Source: Phallusia mammillata (Eukaryota). Taken from it: DNA of 64,000 bases. A program made the position numbers and the translations under genes. Below the pieces are notes generated by a model that did no database searches, was not told where the DNA came from, and was given only the letters and a program-made list of their open reading frames with translations. The stretch spans positions 10,416,001 to 10,480,000 of the forward strand of contig OZ281495.1 in assembly GCA_965637545.1 (NCBI GenBank), given 5' to 3'. Of the stretch, positions 53,307-64,000 are shown one piece after another. Position 1 is the stretch's first letter. Each line of letters begins with the position of its first letter.

Positions 53307-55198
53307 TAGCCCTGAGAAGAATCGGTTAAAATCGTTTTGAACACGTTTGTGTGAACAACATTAACTACTCCGTTTATCACCACAGTAAAGTTAGGATGCA
53401 AAAAGGAGTTGGGTCAATAGAACGAAATAAAATTAAAATGTTTAAGTCCGACCATTTTTGGATGCGCTTATATTATTGCGAAATACCCTTGTAGTGCACC
53501 TAATGACTACCAGTCGTTTACTTCCTTGTGTATAAGTCGTGACAGAACGATCTGGTGATTCATTTGCCATAAATACCCAACCGTGTTGCAATCCATGTTT
53601 GGAAATTTGTTCCCGCTGTCCTACTGACGTTTGTGTTTTGTTCACATGACAAGTAACCGCTGTATTTTGTTGCAAGGTCTTCCGCCGAATGTAACTGTAA
53701 ATGTCATGTCTTTGCCGACGCAACGTTTCTCTTGTCTATCATGTGATCATGCGCAAATGAATATTAGTCCTTCGCAAAGTTCAATACATTGCTTGACATC
53801 GCTTAGCTATTTGCGTGTTTTTATGTCATTAGAGAGTTGACACAACGAATGAACGAACCCTGTTATAACGAGCAGTTGCCGCAAATAGGCAATAAACATA
53901 CATAATGCACGCTAAACATAGGTAGTAGGCCTTCGATGTTGTCATAAAACGTATTTACAATAAACCACAGGAACAATTTACAACCGTGCTTAGCCTGCTA
54001 CTGTCTTTGGTTATAAGATATCTCCTAGGACTTGGTCCTTGTTTTATTTAGTTCAATTTAGAGTTGTAGGGTGGGCCATAATTGTGGTCAGGCCCGTACA
54101 AGCCAGTTTTATTTAAATTTTAATCCTGAAAAAGAATGCTTTCATTGGCATGTTAGCCTTGGTCTTTAAGTATTAAAATCAAATTATTTACATTTGTGGC
54201 ATACACGCAAATACTTTCCATAAAAAGTCGTTTGATTTATTTTGGTGGAATTTATTATCTCTTCTCAGTTCTTTATTTTTAGCTCCAGATCGATGGCATC
54301 ACTGCTATGGCACGCTGAGTGTGATTTAAGTACTGCTCTAAGTTAGTACTAAAATAACCATGTTTTAATGAAGCATGTTATTCATTTTGCATTTTCATGC
54401 TTTCAAATGCGGTTTTTATCATAAGCATGCGCCAAACCAACAGAATTAGTCACTTCAAAAAAAGCTTTTCATAATTTTCATACGAGAGTGAGTGATCAAC
54501 TGCATTAAATACATGATTTGGAATAGGTGTGTAACGAGAAACTAAATTATCTAAATTTCGTCATGTTTTTTACCCAACTTGTAAGGTTTGGATAATGGAT
54601 AACGATCAGCTCTTCGAAGGAGTTTTTTAATCAATAATCAAACCTCCTTCTCGCCCGAAATCACTTTTTATTTACACCTCATTAATGAAGTGACATAATA
54701 TTCTTCTGCAGTGAACTGGTGTTAAACAGAAATTTTGTTTTTGATTCAAATTTCTATCTGGTTTGTCGCATAGCGATTAAACTTATAGAAGCACTGTCTT
54801 AAATCATTTTCATGAATAAACCAACTGACTTTAAAAAATAACAGTTAATACAAAACATACTTAAATGAATGGTATTTTTTACTAAACTAGTACCGTTGTG
54901 CAACTAAGATGAACATAAATTCATAAGTGGTATCAGCCCTGTAGCGTCTATGCAGGCTGATGTGGCATGGCGCCTTCAATGGGTCTGGCGTACTGTGACG
55001 ACTTTTGTGCAACATTATAAATAACACATGGACAAGTTTTTGCGGTATTGACAAAGTTAGTCTGTCATATAAATTTTTATAGTTTTTTTACGTTTTGTTT
55101 CAGTTTTTAGTTTATTACTATCAGCTGCAACAAAACCACAAAACTTTTCGGCAAATACAATACATGCACGTATAAATTGCAAAACTTTTGGTCAGTTA

Positions 55199-56014
55199 TC
55201 AGCACTTTAGGGCGTAATACAGGGATATAAGAGTCGATGCAGTCAACAAATAACGGTGTAAATATGCGACGGAAGCCGAACCACATCCCGGACCTAAACA
55301 GGGAGCTTGTGCACCAGCTTTCCCCTCAGGTGGTGAATTGGTGTTGGTTGTGATACCGGATGACCAATCGCAAAGGTTGTTTTTGCACACCGTTCCTTGC
55401 GGACATTTAGAGCAACTTGTACCCGCTTCGTAAGGAATCGGGGGTCTATAGTTGCCAGTTGGACCGTATTGACACACCATAAACATGCCGAAGAGACCAT
55501 TCTCCCAGTTGCACGTTGTTAGCCCGCATCCAACCGCGTATGTTCTATTCCAAACAACTTGTGTATAATGACCACAGACCTTGTCGGTCATACAACTGCC
55601 TGTAGAATGATGAAAGTATTTTACTTCATCAACCCACTGTTTGATGGCTTCGGGAAGATACTGTGAAATAGGTATTTCAGCGTGGTACATCGCCGCCATA
55701 TTTTCACCTACTTTGCTGAAATTGGGTGTCTGACGATTTTTGCTGTGTTTCAGTTTACAGTTTCGTGAATGCATCAAAGCTGATTGAGCCAAGCCCTCGT
55801 CCCATCTCATTTTGAGCATCATTTTTGATCTAGGGCTTACCGCACTACGATGCTGATTGTGAATGTCCACGGCGAGTTGCTTGTCCTCCGCGGTAAACTC
55901 GTTTCGAAACTTGATGCCTCTTTTTTGTCGTAACTTGGCAACGTCCGAACACGTGCCACTCGCCACTAACGTTGAAATCAATAGACATAATATCAAATTT
56001 GTAAAAAGCTTCAT
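55199..56014 (-). CDS. CAP/SCP-superfamily (GLIPR1/PI16-like) protein 1, single coding exon, signal peptide, GPI-like C-terminus
   Basis: MKLFTNLILCLLISTLVASG signal peptide; LRQKR; HNQHRSAVSP..MLKMRWD; VGENM; CGHYTQVVW; VGCG..C; CQYGPTGN; hinge CSKC..C..C; hydrophobic tail. The first ATG is at 56014 (the ORF track starts at a TTG). Confidence 0.93.
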   Translation of the reverse strand: MKLFTNLILCLLISTLVASGTCSDVAKLRQKRGIKFRNEFTAEDKQLAVDIHNQHRSAVSPRSKMMLKMRWDEGLAQSALMHSRNCKLKHSKNRQTPNFSKVGENMAAMYHAEIPISQYLPEAIKQWVDEVKYFHHSTGSCMTDKVCGHYTQVVWNRTYAVGCGLTTCNWENGLFGMFMVCQYGPTGNYRPPIPYEAGTSCSKCPQGTVCKNNLCDWSSGITTNTNSPPEGKAGAQAPCLGPGCGSASVAYLHRYLLTASTLISLYYALKC

Positions 56015-56727
56015 TATTACCAACTTAAAGATTTTTTTAAACGCTATATTTCTTTAAACAAGTCAAAAACACTAAAGTTGTAAACAAGCAAAGTTTATTT
56101 CAAAATGTGTCTAAACTAAAACATACATAGGCTACCTGATTTTTATTCTACATCTAGCCTACGTAATTTGTTATACCACTAATTTTCAACGTTTTTCAAC
56201 AATTCTGCCTATTTTGCAAATGTTGTTTAAAAACTAACGTTTTGCGTTTCAGTTTTACCTCGACTAATCGCTCCCTAAAATTTATTTACTGAAGCACTGC
56301 TAAATACCGACTGCAAAGCGTTATTTAACTTTTTACAGTGTGGTATTTCCTGTACTTTCCGCCGCGTCTGTTAAAAACGTGCACGTTAACAGTTATAACT
56401 TAATACGGTGTGGCCCGTGTTTAGTTGTTGCTCTCCTGGCGCGACCCCTGCTTAACACAACCAGTAGGTATCATTTCCGGCGTGACGTAGGCATGTTGTG
56501 CCGCCAACAATTACGCTATGTGTAGACGTCTAACTCTTATAATTCATGCAGATGGTCCAGGTCACACATATTTCGGACTACAGTGGAGTTACATGTAAGT
56601 CGAGTCCTTTTGCGACACAAACGTGCTATGATAACTCCCACGTACCGCTCAAATACATTGTCAGATAGGTCCATGTGAACATACGCTTGTGACCTGGTCT
56701 GTTGTCTGTAAACCAGTGGCTCTTACC

Positions 56728-57110
56728 CAGGGTTGCCATACCGTCCTTACTTCTAAGATTTGTCCTTATTTTGAAGGGCTATGTCTTAGAAAAGTTCATT
56801 GTCCTTATTTCTAAGAAATGTCCTTATTTTTAACCGTAGTCCTTATTTTGTCTTATTTTCAACAATTCATATTGTCAAATCCCTTCTACAAGTAGAAGTC
56901 AACCTAGACCCAGCCTGTTGTGGGATGCACGAAGTATTTTCTACGAACAACGAGTTGCTGGAACAGATTGTTTCTGGTCCAAATATTGCATATGATATGT
57001 CATGGCTCGTATAAATGCAAAGATTTGTTCAAAAACGTTTGTTTCGTTTCGCATTGAAAATTAATTTTTCGGTTGTCCTTATTTTTGGTTTCAAGTCGAT
57101 GGCAACCCTG
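56728..57110. mobile_element. hAT MITE, 383 bp (CAGGGTTGCCAT ends)
   Basis: Perfect 12-bp TIR cagggttgccat; perfect TSD ctcttacc at 56720-56727 and 57111-57118; repeated gtccttat subterminal motifs. Confidence 0.93.
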
Positions 57111-57336
57111 CTCTTACCACTTACGAATGCACACTCAAATTAACCCTCAAGTATATTACTTATTTTTTTGTGTTAAAAACTTATTATTACGTTGTTTTTT
57201 ACCAACCGGTGTGGATATTAATACGTCAGGCAAACACAACAATTTTCCTGTGACGCAATAGCCGACATAACAATTAGTGTTCTATTGGGTGACGTCAACT
57301 GCATGCTTGGTACGTATCCTGTAATCAGTTTATAAG

Positions 57337-57818
57337 TAGAGATGTACCGAATATTCGGTTTGCCGAATTTATTCGGCCGAATCGGCCACTTTTGCAAAGA
57401 TTCGGTTTCGGCCGAATAATTTGTTGCGATTCGGCCGAAACCGAATCTTTTACGAACACACATTTAAAGCGTTAAGCGTGTCTCTTCTCCTTTGTACCAA
57501 CGAAAATCCCGTAAATAATTGTATTTTTTGACACATTATCGTTTTTCCCACTGCAGACAACTAATCAGTAATTCATTGTCGGGCTGCAAATTATGCTTAA
57601 GGCTATGTTAAACCCCACAGAACCAAAATGAGGACGAAACACAACCATTCTGCACTAATTGCCTGATAGATAAACTTATGTTTTTATGTCAAAAGCGTAG
57701 CCTACCACTTCGCGTGACGTCATAAATGATTCGGTTGATTCGGCCGAATTTATTCGGCAAAACCGCCGAATATTCGGTTTCGGCCGAATCGAAATTTAGC
57801 CGATTCGGTACATCACTA
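57337..57818. mobile_element. hAT (Ac-like) MITE, 482 bp, same family as 33503-34014
   Basis: TIR tag(a/t)gatgtaccgaat; perfect TSD tttataag at 57329-57336 and 57819-57826. Confidence 0.93.
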
Positions 57819-58596
57819 TTTATAAGTGTTTTCATTTAGCAGCTAGTGAGTTATAAATTGCTGATTTAACTAAGAAAACTTGAACTGCCTCCTATTACTT
57901 TGTGCTGGTAAGTTTAGCTTTATCCCTTGATGTGTCGTTTAATTTTAATCCTAAGAATATTTGTTTCTTATGCAGGGCTTGTTCGGCTTTATAAAGACAA
58001 ATTTAGACTCAAGCTCCTGTGGCCAAACAGTTAGTATGTTTGTTTATTGTGCGTTTAAGTGAGTCATGATCTGTGTTTTCGTTTTTTTCTAAACCCACCT
58101 GTATTACGCACTTTTTGTGACGAATGGTGACGTCATAACCAGAGCGATAGAATATCTGGTATGCTGTTGTTTGTGTGAAGTTGAAGCATCTGCGGTTGAT
58201 TTTACATGTTGCAGCATTTTCTGGTTGTAATTTACGAAACCTGCTTTTCCCTAGCTTAATTTTAAGTAGTTAGATTAAAGCATTTTTTCGACATAGGCGG
58301 ATTCATAGCTATGTAAATTCACTTCTACTAATTGTTATTTCGCTTTATGTGCTTACGCATAAAACTTATTGCAGAGCTGCATTAGTTTTGTGAAGTTCAG
58401 TCAAATTATGAAAGATGATGTATAAACTTGAAGGTTTCATGTCGTTCTCTATCCCCATCTGGTGGTAACTTTATCCTCGTTTTGGGAAATTCACGACCTG
58501 CTATTGCCGACAAAAAGTCAAAAGTAAAACAATCATTTTGCAAAAAATCAAGTTTCTGTCAAGTTAAATAAACAAACAAGTTTTGTAAAAGGAAAT

Positions 58597-59412
58597 TTAT
58601 TTTAAAAGTGTAGTAAAATGAAACAAAAATGTTATCACCACCAACACTGGTGATTTTCGGCTATCAACAGCTAAACTTTTAGTGTTTTTTTCGTCTCCAA
58701 TCGTCACAACCCCTGCTTTGCTTTTCGTGCAAAGCTTATTACTGCAGGTTGGAAATTCTTCGGGACAAGCAGAACATGTCCCACCTTCTTTGTACGGCTT
58801 TTCGTTATACGGTTGATTACCGCCCGGTCCGTAATCACAAACTGTAAGAACTGCTGATGGCCAGGTGACGGTCGTTGAGATTTTAAAGTTTCTGCAATGG
58901 CTTATACCACAACCCACAGCTTGTGATTTGGCCCAGACAATTTGCTTGTAGTCGCTGCATGATTTAGATGTCGCACAAGAACTCGTTCGGTAGGTGTAAT
59001 GGCTTTGCTGTGCGTTCCACTTCGTAAATGCTGTCGTAAAGACTACGTCGGCCGTCTGAGGGACTGCTTGAAGATACAAGGATTCCCCTACCCATGAAAA
59101 ACTAGGCGTAGCTTTGGTTGGATTACGACCCCAAATGCATTTCTGAGTATGTTTTTCAGCAAGGAAGGCTAGTTCACTACTCCACACCATTTCAATCATA
59201 TCACTGGCGCTTGGGCTAACTGCTCTTCTTGCCTCATTGTGTTTGTCCAATACTAGTTGTCTGTCCTCGGCAGTAAACTCATATGCCTTTGCCAAAACAA
59301 CCCGTTTCTGCCTTGAAATCACTTGATCTTGCGTTTTAGTCTCGTATGTCACATAAGGTAGAAAGAATACCAACATCACGGCAATGGAATTAAAATCTGC
59401 AGTGCTAAACAT
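58597..59412 (-). CDS. CAP/SCP-superfamily protein 2 (degenerate tetrad), 271 aa, single coding exon
   Basis: Hydrophobic leader; SRQKR; KHNEARRAVSPSASDMIEMVWS; VGESLY; CSDYKQIVW; AVGCGISHC; CDYGPGGN; Cys hinge; hydrophobic tail. Confidence 0.92.
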   Translation of the reverse strand: MFSTADFNSIAVMLVFFLPYVTYETKTQDQVISRQKRVVLAKAYEFTAEDRQLVLDKHNEARRAVSPSASDMIEMVWSSELAFLAEKHTQKCIWGRNPTKATPSFSWVGESLYLQAVPQTADVVFTTAFTKWNAQQSHYTYRTSSCATSKSCSDYKQIVWAKSQAVGCGISHCRNFKISTTVTWPSAVLTVCDYGPGGNQPYNEKPYKEGGTCSACPEEFPTCSNKLCTKSKAGVVTIGDEKNTKSLAVDSRKSPVLVVITFLFHFTTLLK

Positions 59413-61110
59413 TGTTGTGTACTGTAACTTCCTTTGCCAAAATTTGAAAGCAACACCTTTCTGCTTGAAAATGAACTGCCATGGTTACAATTAGCATTGT
59501 TACGTTTGTATATACCGCGTGACGTAACAGATATTCAAGGGTCGTCTTGTAAAATGTGTGAACAAACTATTTTAGCATCAAACGTTTATGAGCCAGTTGA
59601 TTACGCAGGGTTTTCCCGCACTGAATAATAATTGGCAATTTTAGTTGTTTTTATTGTGAAAAAATATTACTTTCTGTGCATCAAATCTTAGCCTGAGTCG
59701 TGGAAGCAACAACCACATATCTCTAAGGTTTTGCCGCTAAACTTTGAAAATCTTTACTGTTGTACGGTAACAGGCAAGGTTGCCCTGTTACCGGGAAAAC
59801 GGCAGGTAGGACCTGGGATATGTCGGACAACATGCTGTCAAGCGCTTGGCCGTCTGGGTCGAGCTAAGGCGGTACCTGGTCCAGAGAAAAAAATGTTTTA
59901 ATGATAAAAGTCTCTTTGCCGAACATAGGTGATGTTAAGTACACCATCAAAATTTCTTGATGTTCCGTACCGATGAGGATAAGTATAGTCGATATCAGTA
60001 ACGTTACTGTAATTTAAATAAATGAGTTACTAAAAAACACTTGTTAATTTGGTTAGTCTCGAATAAATTGCCCTCCTTGGTTTCTTAATTTATTTTCAAC
60101 ATTGCATGTGATTAACAGGCAATGGAGCCGAATTGCAAGACACCCGGGTAGAGATTCAAGGGCCCTGTCCCGACAAGAGTTAGGGAGGTGTAGAGCGGTG
60201 CATGGTACCCGCTAAAATCGTAAGACATTATCTCGTTCAAACGCGCGCACTGCAAGCATAATGCTTTCGGATCACTATGTACGCAGATTTATCATTGGAA
60301 TTATCTTTCGAAAGTTTCTCGAAACTGAAAATAAATTGACAAAAGAGTTTCAATATTGGATATTCAACCATTGTCGTGGTGGTTTCTGTTTACTGCACAA
60401 AGTCTATTATCTAAAAAGTTGGCCCGGAAATTGCTAGAAAACGACATAAAATCATGACTGACTGAACTTTTCTGAGTAATGTTTATCTTACCTGCGGAAC
60501 AAGGTTGTTTAATACACAAGGCTCTATAGGTTTCTATCATACATCGTTCTTTTGTTAGCAGCTCTACCTTTATAGTTAGGCGCTCTGATGTTTATAATCG
60601 TCCCCTGTACTAAGCCTTCCAAGTCGACAAATTCTAAAACTGCAAACTTTATTTATGATTTACGTGTCCTAATTTAATATAAGCACGAACTTTATCACAT
60701 TGAAATAAGAATACAACAACTCTCGACTACTTAAAAAAAGTGCACTACAGTTGAAATAAAAACGCAAATAATAAGTAACAAATAGAAAACAATTTGACGG
60801 TCGAAAAGTAAACCGAAACTTCAGAGAAATGTTTTTGAAGAAAGGCACAAGAAATAATGGACATGTTGGTACAGCGTTGTACTGATTGGTTGCGCTTAAA
60901 AGTATCGGTCCTGTTTAGTAAGTTAACGAAATTCCAAGCTACAAAGACCGTTTCAAAATATAATAAATAGAAAATAATAATAGCGGTTAAAAGGTTTAAA
61001 AAATGTTGATGTCAGAATTGATTTAGTGTATAATTTTCCCGCAATATTTTCTACGTTTTTTACTTGATGTGGCAAACCAAACAAATTTTCATTCGATAAG
61101 TGGTATTTGT

Positions 61111-61854
61111 CTAATTTACGTTTTGCACACAGGCGAAGTAAACTGCTAATATAAGTACTAGCGGTGAAAATGCTGACATGCTGGCCGCCCCTGTCTTCGA
61201 GCAAAGGTTGTTGTCGCATTTAGGAAAAGCCGCGGGGCAGGCAGTACACCAAGCCCCTTCTTTGTACGGTTTAGTCGGGAAGTTTCCGGCCGGAGCATAG
61301 TTGCAAACTACGATTTGTGCTGTTGCCCAAACCTTGGTGTCGACCTGAACATTGGCACAGGTACTTACACCGCAACCAACAGCGTACGATGAAGCCCAGG
61401 CAACTTGTGTGTAATGTCCACACACTTTGGAGCATGCACGTGTAGAATACGTATAATCATTCCGTTCTTTATCCCAGGATACCACAGCACCCTCCAACAC
61501 TGTGCTAGCCAGCTGCTCATTCGACCTAATGTACAGGTTTTCTCCGATCGATGAATAGTTGGCGGTTTTTCGGGTTGGATTATGTCCCCATACACATTTT
61601 GTGGAGTAACTCTGGGCCAGAACCCCGAGCTCTTCACTCCATTGCATCTTGATCATATCACTGGCCGAAGGCGAAACAGACCTTCTTGCATCGTTGTGTT
61701 TGTCAACTGCTACTTGCTTATCCGCAGTATTGAGCACCATTGCTGTGGTCAGGGTTCCCCTTTTCTGCCTTGACAGTATTCCATCTGCCAACAGATTTTC
61801 TTCCTTGTGTGCAAAAGCCAGGCAGAAAAACATCATTAACGCGTACCTAAACAT
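61111..61854 (-). CDS. CAP/SCP-superfamily protein 3, 247 aa, single coding exon
   Basis: Signal peptide; SRQKR; KHNDARRSVSPSASDMIKMQWS; IGENLY; CGHYTQVAW; VVCNYAPAGN; Cys hinge; hydrophobic GPI-like tail. Confidence 0.93.
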   Translation of the reverse strand: MFRYALMMFFCLAFAHKEENLLADGILSRQKRGTLTTAMVLNTADKQVAVDKHNDARRSVSPSASDMIKMQWSEELGVLAQSYSTKCVWGHNPTRKTANYSSIGENLYIRSNEQLASTVLEGAVVSWDKERNDYTYSTRACSKVCGHYTQVAWASSYAVGCGVSTCANVQVDTKVWATAQIVVCNYAPAGNFPTKPYKEGAWCTACPAAFPKCDNNLCSKTGAASMSAFSPLVLILAVYFACVQNVN

Positions 61855-64000
61855 GTTTTTACAGGTTGCAGAACAGCTCTAAGCACCTAAAGATGTTATT
61901 GCTTCCTAACATGAAAACATATCGTGAGCACGTCAAACAGGCTTTGACCTCATTGCACGCCAAACAGGCTTTGACACTAGCAAACACACGCACAGCGTGG
62001 ATGTACTGTCAAAAACTGTGACACCATAAATAATTTAACGTTAAATTGAATAGCTTTTTTACGCAACGCCGCACCTGTACCGCAGAATACAAAAAACGTC
62101 TGATTTTAGCCGTGTGGACAAGCTACTACTCTATTGCTTCGAACGTTTTGCGTTAAAATAAAAATAGGATCCTGCGGCGGCCTTTAATGCAGTTAAACGT
62201 TAGTCTGTTTCAATGCCTCAAGAATCAAGCTCAAAAAATATGTTTCCTACCTCTGCTTTACTATTGCATAAACACACCTTTTTGTAAGAGTAACTATTTC
62301 GACAGCTCGAAAATGGCGCAGGCTACACGACATTTTTATGTACTTGCAACAGTGACAATAATTCAGTTAACTTTTTGTATGGCGTGTAGTTACTTTCGAC
62401 CCAATCGATGCATTACATGCAAGGAAGTATTATGACCGATATGGGTTCAACCAAAAGAAGTTTTTTTGTAATGCTGTTAACTCGCCGACAAATGCATCAC
62501 ATCGCCCACTAAACAAACGACCAGCCTCGTTGTAGGCGCATGTTCATCTGTTGTTCTATGTAAACGGAAGTTGATTTGTTAGGTTGCATAAACTGACTGT
62601 TGCTGACCTCGCTGTCACACATTGAAAAAGCATGTTTTGTCGTACGTACATTAATAAAAAACATGTGCACTGTACATGGAATGCGTGTTTTCTCATTTCG
62701 TTTAGCCTGAATATTCCAGAAACAAATATATATATTGTTGTAGTTTGATGAATAAAATATTATTGATTATTTTACCTGTGTGACATCTTTCTTTGTGGAT
62801 TTTCTACGAAATCAGGCCAATAACTATTTAAAGATAGTGCTTTCGGACTTTTTGTCAATCAACTTATAATACAACGGTACAGCATCAAATCAAATAACGC
62901 CTAATTGTCCTTCCTTTGCACCGATCGACCTTTTTATTCTGACACTATCCAAAGTTCGATGCGTTGGATTACTTCTTGTTGTAAATCTAGCATTACTTCC
63001 CATTGTATTTTAACCTCCCATCTGCTTCTTCTACACTTCCCTTTGCTATGACTCATACGTTTACCGCAGTCGGACGAAATTAAGGATAAAATTAGAGTGT
63101 CACTTGCCATGTCAAATCCTAATAAGGGCCAATTAAGTGATTATCACAGCACGTTTGTAACAACTGTTTAAGCTGCTTTTCTATTTTTATGTATTTGATC
63201 CTTTTACTTACACAAAACTTCAGCGCAAAACACAGAAATATGCACAAAATCAGTCGGATGCGCTTTCAACACGTCTTTTGCATCTCTTGTGACATTTTTT
63301 TCTATCCACAGGCAATTCACCAAACCACAAAAGGTATCTTTTAATCATTAATGCACATATAACTATTATGCCTGCTGAAAAATAGCATCTGCGCTCTTTT
63401 AGTGCACAATTACGCCTTGTCTGCCATGAGGTCTGAATTTTAAACACAATACGGTTTCGCAAATCCTCATTTTATTAATGTTTATACTTCAGAGTTGCTT
63501 TTTTTACAACTATTAACTTACTATATTGTCTATTACAGGAAAGACTTTAAACTAGATGTTGACAGTTTGAGTTTAATGTGTTTATCAATCCTTGTCTGTA
63601 TGACGTAATACATGACCCATTGTACGCAACAACAATAAACGCAGTGCTGGGCGATTTTTACCCAACACATATACAAGCTTTAAAATATAAGTAAGCGTAC
63701 ATACAATAACCTGGGACTTTGTATAGCAGAGGTGCACCTGCAGCCATAAACCTGTTCTAAAGTATGTATAGTGTCTACTGTGCATGGATTCAAACCAACT
63801 ATTCAATAGTCAAATTAGTTATTTGGCTTCTAAGACTAGTCTGAAATGGTTTTCTGGGAAACATTAGACTTTTTGTTAGCTTATTTTGTGCAAACACTCC
63901 AATACATGCAACGCAAAAGACTATATACATTGTGACGTCATAAATACTTAGAAGCGTTCTACTAAACGTAGAGCTAGATATCATTTTAAGCACGTCTTTT

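Overview
Eukaryotic nuclear DNA: AT-rich, with GT-AG introns and compact genes. The gene content suggests an invertebrate chordate, probably an ascidian tunicate (inference, not verified). Twelve protein-coding genes were assembled by hand with phase-consistent exons: the 3' part of a TIGAR-like histidine phosphatase (+), a CDK5 activator p35/p39 (-), an 8-exon TPR protein (-), a double-MARVEL MYADM-like protein (-), a p24/TMED3-7 cargo receptor (-), a Ser50 (Pax-type) homeobox gene with no paired domain (+), a type I receptor with a CTL-like region, 2 TSP1 repeats, a mucin stalk and a long Tyr-rich tail (-), two tandem claudins (+) and three tandem single-coding-exon CAP/SCP proteins with furin sites and GPI-like tails (-). 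Eight non-autonomous hAT MITEs with 8-bp TSDs and one small Tc1/pogo-type MITE are also present. No rRNA, tRNA, CRISPR array or autonomous transposon was recognised. The most notable observations are the paired-less Ser50 homeobox, the orphan receptor, one CAP paralogue that has lost 3 of 4 tetrad residues, a MITE whose TSD duplicates a splice donor, and a possible UGA readthrough in the CDK5 activator. All coordinates were read by eye and no searches were run.
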